Below, piece after piece: positions 26,928-35,302 of a DNA stretch of 64,000 bases. The position numbers and the translations under genes are program-made. Every line of letters starts with the position of its first letter. The stretch's first letter is position 1. Under the pieces are notes generated by a model. It was not told the origin of the DNA and did no database searches. It worked only from the letters and a program-made list of their open reading frames with translations. The stretch is from Candidatus Latescibacterota bacterium (GTDB lineage: Bacteria; Latescibacterota; UBA2968; UBA8231), in assembly GCA_965197905.1 (NCBI GenBank), contig CBDAOB010000004.1:1088001-1152000 (forward strand). Reading direction: 5' to 3'.

Positions 26928-28634
26928 ATGGCGTTAGGTGTTGCAAAACTGGAAAAGGCGTATCGCCGAAACCCACAGGCGCCTCTCTTTGCTCACCTGG
27001 CCGAGATCTACCTGAAAAAGGGGGATGTCCCCCGTGCGTTGACACTCTGCTTGTCCGGCTGCAAGCTATTTCCGGATTACCCAACTGGTCATTTGATTCT
27101 GAGTCGTTGCTACGAAGTCCAGGGGGATCTGGAAGATGCCCGAAAAGCGCTGCTCCGCGGGCTCCTTCTCGATCCGGTGAACCCGTGCGGATTCGGACGC
27201 TTGGCGCGTTTATGCCACCAGCTTGGCGATCTGCCAATGGCACTGAAAAGCATGCAGAAAGCCGCCAACCTGGATGCTTTCAGCGAGACGGCGCAGGAGG
27301 AAGTTGAGACGCTTGAGGAAGAGTTGCGTAACCACGGCGACGACAACGGTAGCGTCGTCGAGACCGTCGAAGAGAAAACGGTAGCAGTTCCGTCGGAGCC
27401 GGTATCGAACCCAGATCAAGATTCCGATTTGGGTTCGACAAACGAAGCGGTTGAGATGGAGACACCCTCCCCCGTAGAGGAGGAGGCAAGCCAGGTTTCG
27501 CAGCCGGAACACCACTCCCAGGACGATGACTCGACGCAGGACGAGCCGTTCGCGCGTATTTACCCCGAGCCTGATCGAGAAGCCCCATCCAGCCAAGCGG
27601 ACGATGACCCGGCCAATTCGATGAAATCCGCCGACGAGATTCAAGACGAAATCGACGCATTCTTCGACACGATGGGCGATGGAATTGCAGCACCTCCGGA
27701 AACCGCCGCGCCGGATGCTGCTGACACCTCGGTGGGTCGCCAAAATCTGGATGTCGCCGGCACTGACGAAGAAGCGCCAACGAGCGTGGAAGCAGGCGCT
27801 CAAGAATCGCCTACCGATCTGGTTTCTTTATCGGCGGAGCCAACAGATATCTCTTCTCCGGATCCGGCAAGTTTGGAAGGTTCGGAAACCCTGGCAACTC
27901 TTATGGCCCCCACGGGCGCTGGAGACGGGGAACCTCCGGAGACGACGCCCCATGCTGACGCAGAATCGCCTGCCGACCTTTCACCATCCACCAATGATGA
28001 CCTTGGGAACGATCTTCTAATTCTGTCGGCGCCATCCGATGAAAACGTCGTAGAGCCCGCTCCAGATGAGGAGCAGATCCTCGAGGGTGGGGGAGCGGAT
28101 CAACCCTCGGCCGTGGAAGAACGGGATCAGATGGTGGACAGTTTCATCACCCTCAGCGATGCTTCATCGAGCGAGCCCCTCCCCTTGAGCGCGGAAGCGG
28201 AAGCGATTGATTTGCCGGCAGACCCCATGCTGTTTATTGATAGCAACTCAACCCGGCCTCCCGAAAGCCGCGTAGCCGACCTCGACGGCACCGCTCCCGC
28301 ACCGGAAAGCCCACCGGATGAAAACGAGGATCTCGGTCTCGAAGGAGAAGATTCCGAGGATGGTGAGATCGCCAGCTTGGCGCCGGGCGAAGATCGCGAG
28401 CTCACCCGCCTTTTTCAGGAGATAGATGATCACGGGTCAGAACAGTCGTGCAGTGACGAGGAGACCTCTGGCGAACCGGCGCAAAACGAGGGCAGTATTG
28501 CCACCGCGACCCTTGCCGGGATCTACCTGCAGCAAGGGCTAGTCGGGCAAGCACTCCAAATATACAAACGCCTTCTCGAAGAGGAACCGGAGAACGCTGA
28601 AATCAGGCGCAAGATTCAAGAACTGAACGGATAG
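26928..28634 (+). CDS. TPR protein with long acidic low-complexity linker and C-terminal TPR
   Basis: N-terminal TPRs (FAHLAEIYL, GHLILSRCY), D/E/P/S-rich middle, C-terminal TATLAGIYLQQG...ALQIYKRLL. Confidence 0.8.
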   Translation: MALGVAKLEKAYRRNPQAPLFAHLAEIYLKKGDVPRALTLCLSGCKLFPDYPTGHLILSRCYEVQGDLEDARKALLRGLLLDPVNPCGFGRLARLCHQLGDLPMALKSMQKAANLDAFSETAQEEVETLEEELRNHGDDNGSVVETVEEKTVAVPSEPVSNPDQDSDLGSTNEAVEMETPSPVEEEASQVSQPEHHSQDDDSTQDEPFARIYPEPDREAPSSQADDDPANSMKSADEIQDEIDAFFDTMGDGIAAPPETAAPDAADTSVGRQNLDVAGTDEEAPTSVEAGAQESPTDLVSLSAEPTDISSPDPASLEGSETLATLMAPTGAGDGEPPETTPHADAESPADLSPSTNDDLGNDLLILSAPSDENVVEPAPDEEQILEGGGADQPSAVEERDQMVDSFITLSDASSSEPLPLSAEAEAIDLPADPMLFIDSNSTRPPESRVADLDGTAPAPESPPDENEDLGLEGEDSEDGEIASLAPGEDRELTRLFQEIDDHGSEQSCSDEETSGEPAQNEGSIATATLAGIYLQQGLVGQALQIYKRLLEEEPENAEIRRKIQELNG

Positions 28635-28655
28635 CTACGGAAATATCAGATTACG

Positions 28656-29213
28656 ATGGCCGACACGACGGATTTTAGAAACGGTTACACCCTAAAAATA
28701 GACGGCTCTCTGTTCTCGATCGTCGAGTTCCAGCACGTCAAACCCGGAAAAGGGGTGGCGTTCGTACGCACGAAGCTGAAGAATCTACGATCCGGCTCCG
28801 TCATCGAACGGACCTTTCGCTCTGGTGACAAGGTGGACGGGGTGCGCGTGGAGAAACGGGAAATGCAGTACCTGTACGCCGAAGGCGACCTGTTCCATTT
28901 CATGGACAACGAGTCGTACGAACAACTGGCGGTGGAACGGGGACTGATCGGCACCACCGCAGAGTTGCTCAAGGAAAGCGATCATGCCTTCGTCCTGATG
29001 GCTGAAAACAAGCCGATTGGCGTGGAACTCCCCAACTTTGTTCAGTTGGAGGTGGTTCACACGGAACCGGGCGTCAAGGGTGATACGGCCACAGGGGCGG
29101 TAAAACCGGCTACTCTGGAGACCGGGGCCATCGTCAACGTTCCCTTGTTCGTCAACCAGGGCGACGTTCTTAAAGTCGATACCCGATCCGGCGAATACGT
29201 CGAGCGCAGTTGA
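28656..29213 (+). CDS. efp: Elongation factor P
   Basis: FQHVKPGKG.AFVRTKLK, PGVKGDTATG..KPATLETG, VDTR.GEYVER. Confidence 0.98.
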   Translation: MADTTDFRNGYTLKIDGSLFSIVEFQHVKPGKGVAFVRTKLKNLRSGSVIERTFRSGDKVDGVRVEKREMQYLYAEGDLFHFMDNESYEQLAVERGLIGTTAELLKESDHAFVLMAENKPIGVELPNFVQLEVVHTEPGVKGDTATGAVKPATLETGAIVNVPLFVNQGDVLKVDTRSGEYVERS

Positions 29214-29232
29214 TGTTCTAGCGGAGGAGCAG

Positions 29233-29625
29233 ATGAGCGATACGAACATCCCAGAGGATCTCTCCTACACTGAGGAACACGAATGGGTCTCTCAGGATAG
29301 TGAGATCTGCACCATCGGGATCACCGACTATGCCCAGTCCGAGCTTGGAGACATCGTTTTCGTCGAATTGCCGGAGGTAGGAGAATCGGTGAAGCAGGGC
29401 CAACCGTTCGGGACCATAGAAGCGGTCAAAACCGTTTCCGACCTCTTCGCCCCGGTTTCCGGGGAAGTGGTAGAGATCAATCAAAGCCTGGAAGAAACTG
29501 CCGAACAGATCAACAACGATCCGTATGGCGACGGGTGGATCATAAAGTTACGCATGGAAGACCAACGCAACCTGGCTCAGTTGCTGAGTCCCAAGGACTA
29601 CGCCGACGTGCTTTCAAACGTCTGA
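29233..29625 (+). CDS. gcvH: Glycine cleavage system H protein
   Basis: YTEEHEWV, GITDYAQ.ELGDIVFVELP, IEAVKT (lipoyl Lys), NNDPYGDGW. Confidence 0.97.
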   Translation: MSDTNIPEDLSYTEEHEWVSQDSEICTIGITDYAQSELGDIVFVELPEVGESVKQGQPFGTIEAVKTVSDLFAPVSGEVVEINQSLEETAEQINNDPYGDGWIIKLRMEDQRNLAQLLSPKDYADVLSNV

Positions 29626-29712
29626 ATCGACGCCCCTCGCACCCATAACCACTTTTCCGTTTCACCCTCCTTTTCCCTCTGCACAACGCCGTTTCAGCCT
29701 CTCTGACGCGCC

Positions 29713-29741
29713 TTGCTTTCCGACATTAAGTACTCTAATAT
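29713..29741 (+). promoter_or_regulatory. Possible sigma70 promoter for the HNH-scpAB operon
   Basis: TTGCTT, 17 nt, TAATAT in an AT-rich patch. Confidence 0.5.
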
Positions 29742-29789
29742 ATTTGATTTATACCATGATCAAACCACCGCAACCAGCCCGAATTTCCG

Positions 29790-30296
29790 ATGCTTCTGAG
29801 TAAGAGCGTACTGGTTTTAAACCAGAATTATGAGCCGATGAATGTCTGCAGTGCCCGGCGCGCGCTGGTCTTGATTTTGCGCGGCAAGGCACATGCTGTG
29901 GAAGTGGCCGAGGAGGTCATCCACACGGTCGCCCAGAACTTCCCGGTCCCCAGCGTCGTGCGCCTCGAGCGTTATATCCACGCGCCGCGAAGAAGGGTAG
30001 TGCTGTCCAAAAGGAACATCCTGAGACGGGACAACTACCAATGCCAGTACTGCGGAACGCGAGAGAACAAGTTGACCATCGACCACGTTCTGCCGCGGAA
30101 ATCTGGTGGCCAGGCCAGCTGGGAAAACCTGGTTGCCGCCTGCGCCACGTGCAACAACAAGAAGGGTGAACGACGTCCCGATCAGGTAGGCATGATTCTC
30201 GGCCGCAAACCGAAACGCCCCAACAACGTGAGTTTTATTCGAAACTTCATCGGCATTCACGACCAGCGGTGGAAGCCGTACCTCTTCATCGACTGA
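29790..30296 (+). CDS. HNH endonuclease (McrA-like, zinc-binding)
   Basis: VLVLNQNYEP, RRDNYQCQYCG, TIDHVLPR..GG..SWENLVAACATCNNKKG. Confidence 0.92.
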   Translation: MLLSKSVLVLNQNYEPMNVCSARRALVLILRGKAHAVEVAEEVIHTVAQNFPVPSVVRLERYIHAPRRRVVLSKRNILRRDNYQCQYCGTRENKLTIDHVLPRKSGGQASWENLVAACATCNNKKGERRPDQVGMILGRKPKRPNNVSFIRNFIGIHDQRWKPYLFID

Positions 30297-30298
30297 CT

Positions 30299-31051
30299 AT
30301 GACCGACGCTGCTACGCTCGAAGAGCGAGATCCATACGAGGTTAGACTCGAGGTGTTCGAGGGGCCCCTCGATCTCCTGCTGTATCTGATTCGCAAAGAC
30401 GAGCTGGATGTATACGATATTCCCATCGCCCACATAACCTCCCAATACCTCGGTTTCCTGGGGCAGATTCCCCAGCTGGATCTGGAGCAGGCGGGCGACT
30501 TCATCCTCATGGCGGCGACCCTCATGAAGCTCAAGTCCCAGCTGTTGCTGCCACGGGACGAAATTGCGGGCGAGGAGGGGGAAGAGGACCCTCGGGAGGA
30601 ACTGGTGCGCCGCCTGCTGGAATATCAACAGTTCAAAGAGATTGCAGAATGGCTCTATGACCAACGTTCCACTCAACGGGATATCTTCCTGCGCCGCCAA
30701 ACGTCCGAAGAGATAGACCAGGATCTTCAGCCGGTCTCACTGTTCGATCTGCTGTCGGTCTACAAACACGTTCTGGACACCGTGCCTGCCTCTCTTGTGC
30801 ATCGCATCATCGAGGAGGAAATTACCATCGAGGCCTGCGTCGATCGTGTCCTGGGCGTGCTGGCGCAGCGATCAAGGGTGAGCTTTTTCGAGCTGGTGCA
30901 GGGAGGAGGACGCGATACCTTGATAGCAACCTTCATCAGCATATTGGAGTTACTGAAGGGACAGCGCATTCACGTGCAACAGGCCCAGCCATTCGATGAG
31001 ATCTGGATCGAACGACGGGAGACGGAGCCGCAGGTTCACGAGGCGATTTGA
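30299..31051 (+). CDS. scpA: Segregation and condensation protein A
   Basis: FEGPLDLLLYLI, MAATLM.LKS.LLLP, DPREELVRRLLEY, FISILEL. Confidence 0.95.
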   Translation: MTDAATLEERDPYEVRLEVFEGPLDLLLYLIRKDELDVYDIPIAHITSQYLGFLGQIPQLDLEQAGDFILMAATLMKLKSQLLLPRDEIAGEEGEEDPREELVRRLLEYQQFKEIAEWLYDQRSTQRDIFLRRQTSEEIDQDLQPVSLFDLLSVYKHVLDTVPASLVHRIIEEEITIEACVDRVLGVLAQRSRVSFFELVQGGGRDTLIATFISILELLKGQRIHVQQAQPFDEIWIERRETEPQVHEAI

Positions 31052-31689
31052 CGGAACCGGCAGAAGAGACGCCCGATATACGCGGCATTATCGAAGCTGT
31101 TTTGATGACGGCGGATTCTCCGGTGAGTCCGGGTCGGTTTGCGGATCTGCTGTCTGATGCTAATGGGCGAGACATTCGCGATGCCATCGACGAGCTCAAG
31201 GCACAGTACGACGAAGCAGGTCATGCCTTTACTATCGTGGAGCTGGCCGGAGGTTTTCAGCTGGCAACTCGACGGCATTTCGCGCCGTGGATACGGAAAT
31301 TTCACCAAACCCGCACGTCGGTCCGACTTTCCCAGGCCGCGCTCGAAACCCTAGCCATCGTCGCGTTCAAGCAGCCGTTGACGCGCATCGAGGTGGACAA
31401 CATTCGCGGGGTGGGTTGCGGTGGGGTGCTTCACACCCTGATGGAGCACAATCTGGTGCGTATAGTCGGTCGCTCTGACGGCATCGGAAAACCGATGTTG
31501 TTCGGTACGACCCGCGATTTCTTGTCGGTCTTCGGTCTGAAGAGTCTCGCCGATCTACCCAAACCGAAGGAGCTCGAGGAGCTGATGGCGGAAGCAAGTG
31601 GTGTCAGGGGGGTCGAGCACGATCCGCAGGATTCATCCGTTGACGGCGAAGCGGTAGGCGCGCCGGATGGACGCGAGTCCGTCGGTTAA
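31048..31689 (+). CDS. scpB: Segregation and condensation protein B
   Basis: AGGFQLAT, LSQAALETLAIVA.KQP.TR, IRGV, FGTT..FL..FGL. Confidence 0.96.
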   Translation: MTEPAEETPDIRGIIEAVLMTADSPVSPGRFADLLSDANGRDIRDAIDELKAQYDEAGHAFTIVELAGGFQLATRRHFAPWIRKFHQTRTSVRLSQAALETLAIVAFKQPLTRIEVDNIRGVGCGGVLHTLMEHNLVRIVGRSDGIGKPMLFGTTRDFLSVFGLKSLADLPKPKELEELMAEASGVRGVEHDPQDSSVDGEAVGAPDGRESVG

Positions 31690-31709
31690 CGGACCCGCGG
31701 CAAACGACT

Positions 31710-32432
31710 ATGCGACTGAATCGGTATCTCGCCCGCTCCGGGGTTGCTTCCCGCCGGCACTGCGACGATCTGATTCGGTCCGGCTCGGTTTCGATCAACG
31801 GAGCGCTCGTTTGTGAACCCGGCCGCCGAGTGGATGTGGGAAGCGATCATGTGGAGTGCCATGGAAAACCGGTTGAACTGCCGGGCGACCTGGAATACAT
31901 CGCACTCAACAAGCCGGTATCCTACCTGGTCACCAGGCGGGACACCCGCGCGCGTCGCACCGTGTATGAGCTGGTTGAGGGGCGGCATCCAGGTACCATA
32001 GCTGTAGGGCGACTGGATCGCGACACCACCGGGCTGCTCCTGCTTACCAACGACGGTGAGCTCGCCTACCGGCTGAGCCACCCGCGCTTCAAGGTGGAGA
32101 AACATTACCGCGTCTTGGTGCAAGGGTGCGTGAACGACGGCACGCTGGACCACCTGCGCCGGGGGGTCGAGCTGGAGGATGGCCTCACCGCGCCGGCCCG
32201 GGTGGACGTCGCGGAACGAAGCAGAGTGACTACGCGGCTGCAAATGGTTATTCGCGAGGGGCGCAAGCGACAGATCAGACGCATGTGCGCCACTGTAGGG
32301 CACGAAGTAGTGGAACTGGAACGTCAGGCCGTGGGCACGGTGCAACTTGGAGATCTGCCCTTGGGTTCCTGGCGCCACCTCGACGAGGGAGAGACGGTCC
32401 AACTGCGCAGCCTCGCCGGTTTGCCCCGTTGA
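31710..32432 (+). CDS. rluB: rRNA pseudouridine synthase, RsuA/RluB family
   Basis: S4 domain MRLNRYLARSGVASRR, GRLDRDTTGLLLLTNDG, EGRKRQIRRM. Confidence 0.9.
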   Translation: MRLNRYLARSGVASRRHCDDLIRSGSVSINGALVCEPGRRVDVGSDHVECHGKPVELPGDLEYIALNKPVSYLVTRRDTRARRTVYELVEGRHPGTIAVGRLDRDTTGLLLLTNDGELAYRLSHPRFKVEKHYRVLVQGCVNDGTLDHLRRGVELEDGLTAPARVDVAERSRVTTRLQMVIREGRKRQIRRMCATVGHEVVELERQAVGTVQLGDLPLGSWRHLDEGETVQLRSLAGLPR

Positions 32433-32438
32433 TTCCGT

Positions 32439-33134
32439 TTGGGTGCGGATAACGCAAACGGACAGGCACGCAAGCTGGTCATTGCCATCGATGGCGTTGT
32501 CGGCGCCGGCAAGAGCACGACGGCAAGACGGGTAGCCGATGAACTGGGTTACCGTCATTTGGATACCGGCGCCATGTACCGAGCCGTCACCTTGGCAGCG
32601 CTCCGCGACGGAGTGGTTGCTTCCGACGAGCGCGGCCTCGCCGACCTGCTCGCAGTACTGAAGATCGAGCTGGAGCCGCAGAACCTGGGCGGTCGAATCC
32701 GGCTCAACGGTGAGGATGTTAGCAACGAGATCCGTACGCCGAAGGTTTCCAGAGGCGTCGGGCCGTACGCAGATGTACCCCTGGTACGACGAGCGCTCGT
32801 TTCGCAGCAGCAGGCGATGGGCGCTGGCGGTGGTGTTGTCGCCGATGGTCGTGACATCGGATACGTTGTTTTTCCCGATGCCGACCTGAAGGTTTTGCTG
32901 ACCGCCGATCTCGGCACCCGTTCCGAGCGACGCTACCAGGAGTTGACTAAAAAGGGGGTGAATACTTCCCGCGCGGAAGTAGAAGAAGATATCCGCATTC
33001 GCGACCGAGCGGATTCGGCTAGGGATTACGGCGGCGAAAGAGACGCCGAGAAGACTCGCATGCTCGATACCACGTCGCTGACCATTGACGAACAGGTCGC
33101 GCGCATCGTTTCGTGGGCGCGAGAATGTGTTTGA
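32439..33134 (+). CDS. cmk: Cytidylate kinase
   Basis: IAIDG..GAGKST, LDTGAMYRA, DGRDIG.VVFPDA. Confidence 0.95.
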   Translation: MGADNANGQARKLVIAIDGVVGAGKSTTARRVADELGYRHLDTGAMYRAVTLAALRDGVVASDERGLADLLAVLKIELEPQNLGGRIRLNGEDVSNEIRTPKVSRGVGPYADVPLVRRALVSQQQAMGAGGGVVADGRDIGYVVFPDADLKVLLTADLGTRSERRYQELTKKGVNTSRAEVEEDIRIRDRADSARDYGGERDAEKTRMLDTTSLTIDEQVARIVSWARECV

Positions 33135-33237
33135 ACTTTAGAGCCGCCTCGGCGTTCGGACTGACGGTTGAGTCGGGAAGCTTTGGCGGACTGAACGTCC
33201 AATTCGCAATCAAACGAAAATTCGCAAAGGATTTGTA

Positions 33238-35121
33238 ATGACAGAGGAAAACCTAACCGCAGAGGCGGAGAAGCCGGTATACGGCAACGTCTCGATCGAC
33301 GACCTGGAGGCGCCCGAATACAGCGATGAGCAACGGGATGAGTTTATGGCGCTGTACGAGGAAAGCATCTCCGGTATCAAGGAGGGACAGATTGTCAAGG
33401 GCCGGGTCGCGGCAGTCAGCTCTAGCGAAGTATTGGTGGACATCGGATTCAAGTCGGAGGGCGCCATTCCCATCCGCGAGTTCAACGATCCCGAATCCAT
33501 CGTGTTGGACCAGGAGATAGAGGTATTTCTGGAAGATGTCGAGGACCAGGAAGGCCAGATGGTCCTCTCCAAGCAGAAAGCCGACTTCATGAGGGTCTGG
33601 GATCATATAAAGGACGCTCATGACGCTGGATCGACCGTCATGGGAAAACTCATGCGCCGTATCAAAGGGGGCATCGTGGTCGATCTCTTCGGCGTCGATG
33701 CTTTTCTCCCCGGGTCGCAGATCGACACCCGGCAGGTGAAGAACTTCGATCAGTTCATCGGCAAGGAGTTTTCGTTCAAGATCATCAAGCTCAACAAGGC
33801 CCGCCGCAACATCGTCGTCTCCCGCCGCGCCGTGTTGGAGGAAGAGCGGGCGAAACTCCGCGGCGAGATCATCAAGGAGCTAGAAGAGGGACAGGTACGC
33901 GAAGGGGTCGTAAAGAACATCACCGATTTTGGCGCCTTCATCGACCTGGGCGGCGTCGACGGATTGCTGCACATCACCGACATGTCTTGGGGCCGAGTCG
34001 GGCACCCTTCCGAGTTGGTGAATATCGGCGACCGCATCAAGGTAAAGGTGCTGAACTACGACCGCGAACGGGAGCGCATCTCCCTGGGGCTGAAACAACT
34101 GACGTCGCATCCCTGGGAAGCGATTGACGAGAAGTATCCAGTCGACACCCTCACTCAGGGCAAGGTGGTCAGTATTACGGACTACGGCGCTTTTGTGGAG
34201 TTAGAGGAAGGCATCGAGGGATTGGTTCACATCTCTGAAATGTCCTGGACCCAACACGTGCGGCATCCTTCAAAGCTGGTGAACATCGGTGATGCGGTGG
34301 AGGTGGTCATTCTCAAAATCGACCAGGAAAACCACAAGATCTCGTTGGGCATGAAACAGACCGATCCGGATCCGTGGGAGTCGCTGGACGCCCGTTACCC
34401 GGCCGGCGCCAAGCTGGAGGGAACGGTGCGCAGCTTGACCAACTTCGGAGCCTTCGTCGAGATCGAGGACAACATCGACGGTCTCGTCCATATATCCGAC
34501 ATGTCGTGGACCCGCAGAATCCGGCAGGCCAGTGAGATGTTCAAGAAGGGCGATGTGATTCCCGTCGTGGTAACCGAAATCGACAAGAAGCGGCGGCGCA
34601 TCTCCCTGAGCCACAAGGTTGCCTTCGAAAACCCGTGGTCCCGGCTTGCCAAGATCTATGCGGTGGGCACGGAGACCAAGGGTTCCGTTACGCGAATTCT
34701 CGAGCGCGGCGTCGTGGTCTCCTTGGAAGAGGAGGTAGACGGTTTTGTTCCCCTTTCCCAGTTGGCCATCGAGGATCTTCAGACCCCGCGCCAGAGCTTC
34801 GAGATCGACCAGGAGATTCCCTTGAAGGTCATTGAGGTCGACGAGGAGCAGAAGAAGATCGTGCTGAGCGTTCGCGAATACCTCAAAGACAAGGATCGCG
34901 CCGAGTACGAGGCGTATCTTGAAACTCATCCGATTCGACAGGTTACCATCGAAGACGTTGTGGAAGATCAGGACGACGAGATGGAGAGCTGGGGAGATCC
35001 GGCCCTAGAGACCGGAGACGAGTCTGCAGCCGCGAGCGCGGCAGAGGACGACCCCGTCTCCGATGAGGAGGTCAAGGCCACTTCTGTCGACACGAAACCA
35101 ACTGAGCCGGAAGAGGAGTAA
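33238..35121 (+). CDS. rpsA: 30S ribosomal protein S1
   Basis: Six S1 domains (DIGFKSEG, FLPGSQ, GLLHITDMSW, GLVHISEMSW, GLVHISDMSW, GFVPLSQL) and an acidic tail. Confidence 0.98.
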   Translation: MTEENLTAEAEKPVYGNVSIDDLEAPEYSDEQRDEFMALYEESISGIKEGQIVKGRVAAVSSSEVLVDIGFKSEGAIPIREFNDPESIVLDQEIEVFLEDVEDQEGQMVLSKQKADFMRVWDHIKDAHDAGSTVMGKLMRRIKGGIVVDLFGVDAFLPGSQIDTRQVKNFDQFIGKEFSFKIIKLNKARRNIVVSRRAVLEEERAKLRGEIIKELEEGQVREGVVKNITDFGAFIDLGGVDGLLHITDMSWGRVGHPSELVNIGDRIKVKVLNYDRERERISLGLKQLTSHPWEAIDEKYPVDTLTQGKVVSITDYGAFVELEEGIEGLVHISEMSWTQHVRHPSKLVNIGDAVEVVILKIDQENHKISLGMKQTDPDPWESLDARYPAGAKLEGTVRSLTNFGAFVEIEDNIDGLVHISDMSWTRRIRQASEMFKKGDVIPVVVTEIDKKRRRISLSHKVAFENPWSRLAKIYAVGTETKGSVTRILERGVVVSLEEEVDGFVPLSQLAIEDLQTPRQSFEIDQEIPLKVIEVDEEQKKIVLSVREYLKDKDRAEYEAYLETHPIRQVTIEDVVEDQDDEMESWGDPALETGDESAAASAAEDDPVSDEEVKATSVDTKPTEPEEE

Positions 35122-35171
35122 GCCAGCACTAACAGCGGCAGTTTTTGTTCGGCTGCGGCAGCACGGCTTCA

Positions 35172-35203
35172 GCCGGGGGTCTTTGGGCCCCCGGCCTTTC
35201 TAT
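35172..35203 (+). terminator. Intrinsic terminator after rpsA
   Basis: GCCGGGGGTC-TTTG-GGCCCCCGGC hairpin followed by CTTTCTAT. Confidence 0.65.
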
Positions 35204-35302
35204 TGCTGCCGGCTGACGCCTTTATGGCCTCCCCCTCCGGACTTATCTTAAGATCGCTTCGGTTAGTCCCGTTCGGACCTCAAGTTACCTCTGAAAGCTA
35301 TC

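Noticed and set aside
30299..31689. Wadjet/MksBEF defence system
   Set aside because: Canonical scpA and scpB in housekeeping context; no JetC or JetD.
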